Assembly (NCBI GenBank): GCA_963713195.1
Contig: CAVQKX010000001.1
Coordinates: 108,292-172,291 of the forward strand
From: an uncultured Alphaproteobacteria bacterium
GTDB lineage: Bacteria; Pseudomonadota; Alphaproteobacteria; Micropepsales; Micropepsaceae
DNA length: 64,000 nucleotides
Direction: 5' to 3'
The stretch's first letter is position 1. The number at the start of each line of letters is the position of its first letter. A program made the position numbers and the translations under genes. The notes under the pieces are model-generated. The model was not told where the DNA came from. It ran no database searches and saw only the letters and a program-made list of their open reading frames with translations. Of this stretch, positions 54,570 to 64,000 are shown in pieces.

Positions 54570-55032
54570 ATGCCCCGCCGCCACACCTCGCCATCGCGCG
54601 ATTCCCATGCGCTCCCCCACGACCGGGGCCCTTCGCAGCGGCAATTGCGCGTGGGCGAAATGCTGCGCCATGCGCTGGCCGATGTTCTGCGCCGCGATGA
54701 AATCCGCGATCCCGATCTCGCCGGCATTTCGGTGACGGTGACACAGGTGAAGCCCTCGCCCGACATGCGCCATGCCACCGCCTTCGTCGAACCGCTGGGC
54801 GGCAAGAACGCGAAAGAGGTCGTCGATGCGCTCAACCGCCACAAAGGCTTCATCCGCGGCGAAGTGGGCCACATCATCGCGCTCAAATTCACCCCCGAAT
54901 TGCGCTTCATCGAAGACACCTCCTTCGCCGAAGCGCAGAAGATCGAGAACCTGCTCAAATCCGACCCGCGTCGCGCGCGATCTTCATTCCGAAGACGGCG
55001 ACACCGAAAGCGAAGACGAAAATGGGCCGTAG
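54570..55032 (+). CDS. rbfA: Ribosome-binding factor A
   Basis: [31 protein letters not shown]; frameshift near 54965. Confidence 0.96.
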
Positions 55033-55978
55033 AAAAAAGGGTCAGCCCGTCCATGGCTGGGTGATGATCGACAAGCCGAAGGGCGTCACCTCCACGCAAG
55101 TGGTCGGCGATCGTGCGGCGCATCTTCGATGCGCAGAAGGCCGGCCATGCCGGCACGCTCGATCCGATGGCGACCGGCGTGCTCGCCATCGCGCTGGGCG
55201 AGGCGACCAAGACCGTGCCCTACGCGATGGATGCGCGAGAAGACCTATCGCTTCACCGCCACCTGGGGCGAAGGCCGCGACAGCGACGATGCGGAAGGCG
55301 CGGTCACCGGCACCTCGCCCGTCCGGCCCAGCACGCGAAGCAGATCGAGGCCGCCCTCCCCGCTTCACCGGCGCCATCGTCCAGGTGCCGCCTGCCTATT
55401 CGGCCATCAAGGTGGAGGGCGAGCGGGCCTATGATCTGGCCCGCGAAGGCGAGGAGGTGGAGCTGGAGCCCCGCACGGTCGAGGTCTATCGAAGCCCGCC
55501 TTCTGGGCCAGCCGGACCCGGACCACGCCGAGTTCGAAATCCTTTGTGGCAAAGGGACTTACGTCCGGGCCTGGGTGCGCGATATGGCGCTGGCGCTGGG
55601 CACCTTGGGCCATGTTTCGCAGCTGCGCCGCACCCGGATCGGCGGCTTTTCGGCGGAAGACCGCAATACCGCTGGAAAAGCTGCAGGGCTTTATGCATAG
55701 TCCCGCCGCTTTTGAGCACTTGAGGCCTATTTCGACCGCGCTGGACGGCATCCCGGCGCTGGCCGTCACGGGTCCGGATGCGGTTCGCCTGCGAAGCGGC
55801 AATCCGATCCTCGATCCGAGCGAATCTCTTCGCCCGGCATCGCGGACGCCGTTTCAGGCGACGATCTTCAAGGGCTTACGGTCTTCTCTCGACAGCAGAG
55901 GGCGAGCCGGTTGCGCTGGCCGAGCTCGCAGAAGGCGAGTTGAGACCGTTCCGTGTTTTCAACTTTGGAACTGGATGA
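55022..55978 (+). CDS. truB: tRNA pseudouridine(55) synthase
   Basis: [42 protein letters not shown]; many frameshifts. Confidence 0.95.
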
Positions 55979-55985
55979 CCGACAA

Positions 55986-56259
55986 ATGACGATTACGACC
56001 GAACGCAAAAAAGAAGTGATCACGGAATATCGCCAAGAAGCGAAGGCGATACGGGATCGCCCGAAGTCCAGGTGGCCGTGCTCTCCGAGCGCATCTCCAA
56101 CCTGACCGAGCATTTCAAGACCCACGTCAAGGACAACCATTCGCGCCGCGGCCTCATCAAGATGGTGTCGCACGCGCCGCAAGCTCCTCGACTACATCAA
56201 GGCCACATGACGAACAGCGCTACAACGCGCTGATCACGCGGCTGGGCCTGCGCCGCTGA
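55986..56259 (+). CDS. rpsO: 30S ribosomal protein S15
   Basis: [37 protein letters not shown]; frameshifted. Confidence 0.95.
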
Positions 56260-56402
56260 ACGCGTCGTTTTCCGTTACTGCCAAGAACGCTCGCGTGGGT
56301 GCGCATGGTGCGCGCCCGCGCGATTATCCGCTTGTCTCAAGAAGGCTTGAGAGCAGGCAACCCCCATCGCAATCCGGCGGCGGGAAATGAAGGACTGATA
56401 GA

Positions 56403-58553
56403 ATGTTCAATATCCAAAGAAGAATTCGAATGGGGCGGCCGCAAGCTGACCCTCGAAACCGGCAAGATCGCCCGTCAGGCTGACGGCGCTGTTCTGGCCA
56501 CCTATGGCGAGACCGTTGTGCTCGCGACCGTTGTGGGCGCCACGCCCCGCGTGAAGGCGTGGATTTCTTCCCGCTCACCGTGAATTACAGGAGCGTTATT
56601 ACGCCGCCGGAAAAATCCCGGGCGGCTATTTCAAGCGCGAACGCGCGCCCACCGAACGCGAGACGCTGATCTCGCGCCTGATCGACCGCCCGATCCGCCC
56701 GCTCTTCGCCGAAGGCTACCGCAACGAAACGCAGGTCGTCGCGCAGGTTCTGAGCCACGATCATGGAAAACGATCCCGATGTCGTCGCGCATGGTCGCGG
56801 CGTCCGCGGCGCTGACGATTTCCGGCATGCCCTTCATGGGCCCGATCGGCGCGGCGCGCGTCGGCTACATCGACGGCGAGTACAAGCTCAATCCGCCGCT
56901 CGACGATATGCCCAACTCCAAGCTCGACCTCGTCGTCGCCGGCACGCATGACGCCGTGCTGATGGTGGAATCCGAAGCGCAGGAACTGGGCGAAGACGTG
57001 ATGCTCGGCGCCGTGATGTTCGGTCATCGCGAGATGCAGCATGCCATCAACGCGATCATCCGGCTGGCCGAGAAGGCCGCGAAAGATCCGCGCCCCGTGC
57101 CGGAAAACGACATCCGGCCCCGATGGTCGCGAAGATCAAGGCCGCTGCCGGCAGCGAACTTGCCGCCGCATTCCAGATCGCCGGTGAAGCATCGAACGCC
57201 GCGATCGCCATCGCCGCCATCCGCAAGAAGCACGAAGCGGCGATTTCGTCGGCGAAGGCGAAGGCAAGCTGACCGCGAAGGATTACGGCAACCTCTTCCA
57301 CGACGTCGAAGCCGACATCATGCGCAACTCCGTGCTCGACACGAAGAAGCGCATCGACGGCCGCGATCTCGTCACGGTTCGCCCGATCGTCGCCGAAGTC
57401 GGCATCCTGCCGCGCACGCACGGTTCGGCGCTGTTCACGCGCGGCGAAACGCAGGCGCTGGTCGTCACCACGCTCGGCACCGCCGAAGACGAACAGTTCG
57501 TCGACAGCCTCGAAGGCACCGGCAAGCAGACCTTCATGCTGCACTACAACTTCCCTCCCTACTCGGTCGGTGAAACGGGCCGCATGGGCGCGCCCAGCCG
57601 CCGCGAAATCGGTCACGGCAAGCTTGCCTGGCGCGCGATCCATCCGATGCTGCCGACGAAGGAAGAATTCCCCTACACGCTGCGCGTGGTGTCGGAAATC
57701 ACCGAGTCCAACGGCTCGTCCTCGATGGCGACCGTCTGCGGCACCGCGCTTGCGCTGATGGATGCGGGCGTGCCGCTGAAGAAGCCGACCGCGGGTATCG
57801 CGATGGGCCTCATCCTCGAAGGCACGCGCTATGCGGTTCTGTCGGACATTCTGGGCGACGAAGATCACCTGGGCGACATGGACTTCAAGGTGGCCGGAAC
57901 CGAAGACGGCATCACCTCGCTGCAGATGGACATCAAGATCGCCGGCATCACCGAAGAGATCATGAAGGTCGCGCTGGATCAGGCGAAAGACGGCCGTATC
58001 CACATCCTCGGCGAGATGAACAAGGCGCTCACCACCGCGCGCTCGGAACTCGGCGAACATGCCCCGCGCATCGAGCAGATCAAGATCCCGACCGACAAGA
58101 TCCGCGAAGTGATCGGTTCGGGCGGCAAGGTGATCCGCGAGATCGTGGAAAAGACCGGCGCCAAGATCAACATCGAGGACGACGGCACGGTGAAGATCGC
58201 GTCCGCCGACGGCGAATCGATCAAGGCCGCGCTGAAGTGGATTCGCGGGCATCGTGGCGGAGCCCGAAATCGGCGAGATCTATGACGGCAAGATCGTGAA
58301 GGTGATGGATTTCGGCGCCTTCGTGAACTTCTTCGGACCCAAGGACGGCCTCGTCCACATCTCCGAACTCGCCGCCAAGCGCGTCAACAAGACGAGCGAT
58401 GTGGTGAGCGAAGGCCAGGCCGTGAAGGTGAAGCTCCTCGGCTTCGACGATCGCGGCAAGGTTCGCCTGTCGATGAAGCAGGTCGACCAGGAAACCGGCG
58501 AAGACCTGAGCAAGAAGCAGGCTGCCGAAGGCCAGCAGACACCGGCGGAATAA
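56403..58553 (+). CDS. pnp: Polyribonucleotide nucleotidyltransferase
   Basis: [53 protein letters not shown] and S1 domains; many frameshifts. Confidence 0.98.
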
Positions 58554-58578
58554 CGATCTCGACTTTTCCGGCAGACCC

Positions 58579-58618
58579 AAGTACCCTTAGCTAACCTAGC
58601 TAAGGGTACTTTTCTTTT
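58579..58618 (+). terminator. pnp terminator, probably also TA operator
   Basis: AAGTACCCTTAGCTA-acc-TAGCTAAGGGTACTT 15-bp IR with T-tract running into the antitoxin start. Confidence 0.7.
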
Positions 58619-58871
58619 GGAAAAGACGGTCAACATCCACGACGCCAAGACCCATCTTTCCAGCCTTGTGGCAGAAGCCGAGGCAGGTGGTGAGATCGTG
58701 ATCGCGCGGGCGGGCAAACCGGTCGCGCGATTGGTGCCGATCAAGACGAAGACGAAGCGCCGCCCCACCCGTCGCGCCGGCCAATTGAAGGGCAAGATAT
58801 GGATCGGCCCAAATTTCGACGATCCGCTTCCCGATGACATCCTCGCGGCCTTCGGCGGCGGGAAGCCTTGA
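58617..58871 (+). CDS. Phd/YefM antitoxin
   Basis: VNIHDAKTHLSSLV, EIVIARAGKPVARLVP, NFDDPLPDD. Confidence 0.93.
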   Translation: MEKTVNIHDAKTHLSSLVAEAEAGGEIVIARAGKPVARLVPIKTKTKRRPTRRAGQLKGKIWIGPNFDDPLPDDILAAFGGGKP

Positions 58872-59248
58872 GGCTGCTGCTGGATTCACATGTCATGGTG
58901 TGGTGGTTCGCCGGTTCCCGGCGGCTCGGCAAGCAAGCGCTCGACATCATCACCGCTGCGGATTCGGAATTGCATGTCAGTGCCGCGACATGGTGGGAGC
59001 TTTCCATCAAGAAGGCGCTGGGACAGATCGATTTCGATCCGGCCATCGCACGCGCAATCTTGGCGAAGAATGAAATCAGGCCGCTTGCGATCACGCTGGA
59101 TCACGCCGACGCTGCGGCAGCACTACCGGCACGTCATAGAGATCCTTTTGACCGAATGCTGGTTGCTCAGGCAAAAGTCGAAGCGCTAAACTTGCTCACG
59201 AGAGATAGGCAACTGAAACAGTATGGCGAAGGCATCCTTTGCGTGTAA
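58868..59248 (+). CDS. vapC: VapC PIN-domain toxin
   Basis: RLLLDSHVMVW, VSAATWWELSIK, HRDPFDRMLVAQA, LLTRD. Confidence 0.93.
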   Translation: MRLLLDSHVMVWWFAGSRRLGKQALDIITAADSELHVSAATWWELSIKKALGQIDFDPAIARAILAKNEIRPLAITLDHADAAAALPARHRDPFDRMLVAQAKVEALNLLTRDRQLKQYGEGILCV

Positions 59249-59282
59249 GGAAAGTGTGTTCGGCAAACCGACAAAAGCAAAC

Positions 59283-59672
59283 ATGATTATTTCTGCTTTC
59301 CTCTCCAAGAAAGACGGCCCCGAAGGTGAACCGCAAAGAGTGCCGGGCGGTTTGCGCCATCTGGGCAATCCGAAATTCGTTTCGATAACACTGAGATTGT
59401 TCAGCCTTGTGCTGATCCTGGCCGCGCTTCTGCTGCTTTGCATCGACATGCTGAGCTCGCTCGAAGGCGGCGGTCAGTTGGTGGTGCGCTCGCTGCAACA
59501 GGTCTGGGCGCTGGCCGACGATGCGAGCCTGACGCGCTTCCTCGCCTGGCTGAAAACCCACGAAGCATTTGCTGCGCCCACAGTCACCGCGCTGGCGCTG
59601 CCCGGCTGGGGCGTGACAGGCGTGCTGGGCGTGCTGATAGCGTTTCTCGCCGGGCGCCATCCCGAGCATTAG
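59283..59672 (+). CDS. Hypothetical membrane protein (start uncertain)
   Basis: Two hydrophobic segments: RLFSLVLILAALLLLCID and LALPGWGVTGVLGVLIAFL. Confidence 0.65.
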   Translation: MIISAFLSKKDGPEGEPQRVPGGLRHLGNPKFVSITLRLFSLVLILAALLLLCIDMLSSLEGGGQLVVRSLQQVWALADDASLTRFLAWLKTHEAFAAPTVTALALPGWGVTGVLGVLIAFLAGRHPEH

Positions 59673-60232
59673 CGATTGGCGCCGGGCGTCCACAGCACAT
59701 CGGCCTTGCCCTTGTCGTTGGCATAACGCGCCGCGACGAAGAAATGATCCGACAGCCGGTTGATGTATTTGATCGCGGTCGCGCCGATCTTTTCGGATTG
59801 CGCGAGTTCGACGATCAGCCGCTCCGCGCGGCGTGAAACGGTGCGCGCCAGATGCAGATGGGCGGCAACCGGCGTGCCGCCCGGCAGGATGAAAGAGGTG
59901 AGCGGGGCAAGCTCTTCGTTCATCGTATCGATCTCGCGCTCCAGCCGTTCGACCTGCGCCTCGGCGATGCGCAACCGCCCATCTCCGCGCCGCCCATCTT
60001 CCGGCACGCAGAGATCGGCGCCCAGATCGAACAGATCGTTCTGGATGCGCGCGAGCATCCCATCCATCTCGCCCGATGTGTGCAGGCGGGCCAGCCCCAG
60101 CACGGAATTGGTTTCATCCACCGTGCCATAGGCCGCGATCCGAAGCGCGAATTTCGGCAGCCGCGTTCCATCGCCAAGGGCCGTTTCGCCCTTGTCGCCG
60201 GTCTTGGTGTAAATGCGATTCAATGTGACCAT
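59669..60232 (-). CDS. PduO-type ATP:cob(I)alamin adenosyltransferase
   Basis: IYTKTGDKGET, AYGTVDETNS, QNDLFDLGADL, FILPGG, NRLSD. Confidence 0.95.
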   Translation of the reverse strand: MVTLNRIYTKTGDKGETALGDGTRLPKFALRIAAYGTVDETNSVLGLARLHTSGEMDGMLARIQNDLFDLGADLCVPEDGRRGDGRLRIAEAQVERLEREIDTMNEELAPLTSFILPGGTPVAAHLHLARTVSRRAERLIVELAQSEKIGATAIKYINRLSDHFFVAARYANDKGKADVLWTPGANR

Positions 60233-60340
60233 GTGGACAACCTAACAAAGCCCCGCATTGGGCGCAAAATCCTGTTTTCTGCGCGCTTGCGATGCGGATT
60301 TCGGCCGCTATGATCGCCCGCGAACAGTAGAGTTATACCC

Positions 60341-60538
60341 ATGGCCGAAGACATCGGAGCCCTCAACCGCGAAGCCCCCGAGACGATCGAGGTGGATGAC
60401 ACCCGCGTCGCCTGCGATGGCATCGGCGGCGGGCTCGGCCATCCGCGCGTGTTCCTGCAGATCGGCGAGGAAGGCTTCGTCGATTGCGGTTATTGCGACC
60501 GGCGTTTCGTGCTGAGAGCCGGGGCGGCGGCGCATTGA
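60341..60538 (+). CDS. zf-CHCC zinc-finger protein
   Basis: VACDG...LGHPRVFL...CGYCDRRF. Confidence 0.92.
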   Translation: MAEDIGALNREAPETIEVDDTRVACDGIGGGLGHPRVFLQIGEEGFVDCGYCDRRFVLRAGAAAH

Positions 60539-63478
60539 ATTCGCGCGTCCAGGGAAGGCCGCTCAAAAAGGGCGATCATCTCTATCTGATCGACGGATCG
60601 GGTTATCTGTTCCGCGCCTATCACGCATTGCCGCCGCTCACGCGCAAATCCGACGGCCTGCCGACGGGCGCGGTTTCCGGCTACTGCAACATGCTGTGGA
60701 AGCTGCTCGAAGACACCAAGGACGGCGACAAGCCGAGCCATCTCGCCGTGATCTTCGATGCGGGCAAGGTGACCTTCCGCAACGAGATCTATCCGCAATA
60801 CAAAGCCAACCGCCCCGATCCGCCGGAAGACCTGATCCCGCAATTCCCGCTGGTGCGCGAGGCGACGCGCGCCTTCGGCGTGGCCTGCGTCGAAGAACAG
60901 GGCTTCGAGGCCGACGACCTGATCGCGACCTATGCGCGGCTGGCGCGCGAAAAGAATGTGCGCGTCACCATCGTCTCGTCCGACAAGGACCTGATGCAGC
61001 TTGTGGAGGACGGCAAGGTCGAGTTGCTCGATCCGGTCAAGAACAAGCGCATCGGCAGCGCCGAGGTGATGGAAAAATTCGGCGTCGCGCCCATCGAAGG
61101 TGATCGAGGTGCAGGCGCTCGCCGGCGATTCCACCGACAATGTGCCCGGCGTGCGCGGCATCGGCGTGAAGACGGCGGCCGAACTTCTTGGCATCTATGG
61201 CGATCTGGAAACGCTGCTGAAACGCGCAGGCGAAATCAAACAGCCCAAGCGGCGCGAAACGCTGATCGAGAACGCCGAGAACGCGCGCATTTCCCTAAGA
61301 GCTTGTGACGCTGGACAGCAACGCCAAATTCTCCTGCGAGCTTGAGGAAATGGAAGCCCGCGATCCCGAGCCCGGCAAGGCCATCGCGTTCCTCAAGGCG
61401 ATGGAATTCGGAACGCTGACCCGCCGCGTCGCCACCCATTTCGGCATCGAGGATGCCGACGCAATTGCGCCGGCGCCCGATCCCGCGCAACCGGCATTGC
61501 CCGCGCCCGGCGATGCGACGCCAATCAAGCAAGCACCCCTCGCCGTCGCGAAATCCATGACGATTGCGCAGCCCGCAAAAGGCGGCGTCGGCGTGGTGAT
61601 GGATCGCGACAAGCTGCTCAAGCCGATCGATCACGATGCCTATGAAGCGGTGACCACGCTCGCCCGCCTCGATCACTGGATCGCGCGCGCCTATGCGGAA
61701 GGCATCGTTTGCGTCGATACCGAAACAACCTCGCTCGATGCGATGCAGGCCAAGCTCTGCGGCGTGTCGCTGGCGGTCGCGCCAAACGAGGCGTGTTACA
61801 TTCCTTGCGGCCACACGAGCGGCACAGGCCTCGATCTCGGCAGGCGCCGCCAAGATCGAACAGCTTCCCGAAGATGTGGTGCTGAAACGCCTGAAGCCGC
61901 TGCTGGAAGACGATAGCGTTCTCAAGGTTGCGCAGAACCTGAAATACGACGCGCTGATTTTCGCCCAGCGCGGCCTCAAGCGTGACGCCGTTCGACGACA
62001 CGATGCTGATTTCCTATGTGCTGGAGGCAACGCTCCATGGCCACGGCATGGACGAGCTTTCCGAACTGCATTTAAGCCACAAGCCCATCGCGTTCAGCGA
62101 AGTGGCGGGCAAAGGCAAGGAGAAAGTCACCTTCGATTGCGTGCCGGTGAAAGAGGCCACGCGCTATTCCGCCGAAGATGCCGATGTGACCTTGCGCCTG
62201 CACCAGCTTCTGAAACCGAAGCTCGTCGCCGACGGCAAGCTCGCCGTTTACGAAACGCTGGAACGCCCGCTCGTTCAGATTCTGGTGGATATGGAACGCA
62301 ACGGCATCATGGTCGATGCCGATCTGCTGCGCCGCCTTTCCAACGATTTCGCCAATGCGATGGCGAAGATGGAAACGGAAATTCACAAGCTCGCGGGCGG
62401 CGACATTCAACATCGGTTCGCCCAAGCAGCTTGGGCGACATCCTGTTCGGGCAATTCAAATTGCCCGGCGGGCGCAAAACCAAGACCGGCGCGTGGTCCA
62501 CCGATGCCGATGTGCTGGAAGAAGTGGCAGCCCAAGGCCACGATATCGCCAAGAAGGTTCTGGCCTGGCGCACGCTTTCGAAATTGCGCGGCACCTATAC
62601 CGATGCGCTGCCCACTTACGTCAACCCGCAGACGGGCCGCGTGCACACCTCCTACGCGATGGCCTCCACCTCCACCGGTCGCCTCTCGTCGAACGATCCG
62701 AACCTGCAGAACATCCCGATCCGCACCGAAGAAGGCCGCAAGATCCGCACCGCCTTCATCGCGCCCAAGGGATCGAAACTCGTCAGCGCAGATTACAGCC
62801 AGATCGAATTGCGCCTGCTGGCGCACATCGCCGACATCCCGGCCCTGCGCAAAGCCTTTTCGGATGGCACCGATATTCACGCCATGACCGCGTCGGAAAT
62901 CTTCGGCGTGCCCGTGAAGGGCATGCCGCCGGAAGTGCGCCGCCGGGCCAAGGCAATCAATTTCGGCATCATCTACGGCATTTCGGCGTTCGGCCTTGCC
63001 AACCAGCTCGGCATCGCGCGCGGCGAGGCCGACGATTACATCAAGAAATATTTCACCCGCTTCCCCGGCATCCGCGACTATATGGAAACGACCAAGGCAG
63101 TTCGCACGCGATCACGGCTATGTCGAAACCCTGTTCGGGCGGCGCGTGCATATCCGCGAAATCAAATCCACCAATCAGGGCATGCGCGGCGGGGCCGAGC
63201 GCGCCGCCATCAACGCGCCGATTCAGGGCACCGCCGCCGACATCATCCGCCGCGCCATGATCCGCGTGCCCGATGCGCTGGCAAAGAAAAAACTGAAAGC
63301 AAAAATGCTGCTGCAGGTGCACGACGAACTGGTGTTCGAAGCTCCTGACAGCGAAGCCGAAAAGCTCATCGCCACCGTGCGCGGCGTGATGGAAAAATCC
63401 GCGCTACCGGCGCTCGAATTGTCCGTGCCGCTGGTGGTGGATGCCCGCGCCGCCCAGAACTGGGACGAAGCGCACTGA
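60535..63478 (+). CDS. polA: DNA polymerase I
   Basis: [66 protein letters not shown]; several frameshifts. Confidence 0.98.
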
Positions 63479-63481
63479 AAG

Positions 63482-64000
63482 TCAGTTTCCTGCAAACTGC
63501 ACGGTCGCGAAGGTCGGCACTCTGATCGGACTTTCGTTGAGCCTTGCCGGCTTATAGCGCCACTTCAAAACGCCTTCCGCCGCCGCCTCGTCCATGGAAG
63601 GGTGATCGCTCGGATGGACCGCGCGGGCACCTGTGACGCTTCCATCTTCCAACACGATGAAGCTCACCAGAACCGATGCCTTGCGGCCGAGAAAGCCATC
63701 CCAGAAAGGATAGTGCACGGTCGGCTGCTCGATATTGCGATCCAGAACCGGCCAGTGCAGCCGCCCGCCGATCTGCTTTCCATCAGGTTTGGTATAAACG
63801 CATTGATCGACCGGAGAGCCTTCTTCGAACTGGCAATCGAGCCGGCTTCCATCCGGATAAAACATCGTTCCGGAATCGCTGGGTATCCCATCCTTCATTC
63901 CTCCGGCATATCTGCTGCCATCGGACCAGGTATAGGAACCGCATTGCCCCGAAGATGCGCAAGCTGTCGGCGCCACGGTGCTGGGTTGCGCCTGCGCCGG
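63482..64000 (-). CDS. MORN-repeat + TonB C-terminal domain protein, 5' end outside window
   Basis: YTWSDGSRYAGGMKDG and MFYPDGSRL (MORN-like); VSFIVLEDGSV...MDEAAAEGVLKWRYKPA (TonB_C); frame open to window edge. Confidence 0.82.
   Translation of the reverse strand, partial: PAQAQPSTVAPTACASSGQCGSYTWSDGSRYAGGMKDGIPSDSGTMFYPDGSRLDCQFEEGSPVDQCVYTKPDGKQIGGRLHWPVLDRNIEQPTVHYPFWDGFLGRKASVLVSFIVLEDGSVTGARAVHPSDHPSMDEAAAEGVLKWRYKPARLNESPIRVPTFATVQFAGN

Overview
High-GC alphaproteobacterial chromosome segment. Gene order and the N-terminus of the outer-membrane protein at 46509 suggest Micropepsales/Rhizomicrobium-like, by inference only. Content is mostly core metabolism and information processing: asd, mcl2-like/mch, zapE, ubiH, glnK-amtB, ftsK, etfBA-hbd, argH-lysA, ftsEX, nrdJ, hisC-tyrC, metXW, gloB, infB-rbfA-truB-rpsO-pnp, polA. 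Many genes, including essential ones, carry single-base frameshifts, which points to an unpolished long-read assembly, so CDS boundaries are reconstructed across frames. The accessory layer is small cassettes between housekeeping genes: three type II toxin-antitoxin modules, a GIY-YIG nuclease gene nested inside a GTCATCCCGG palindromic element, five copies of a second REPIN/MITE-like palindromic family (one supplies the stop codon of TlpA and probably of the convergent gene too), an orphan ORF flanked by a duplicated 3' end of hbd, and an internally deleted GST gene. Candidate NtrC/sigma54, CtrA-like and LexA sites are visible. No rRNA, tRNA, CRISPR array, integrase or transposase was recognised.
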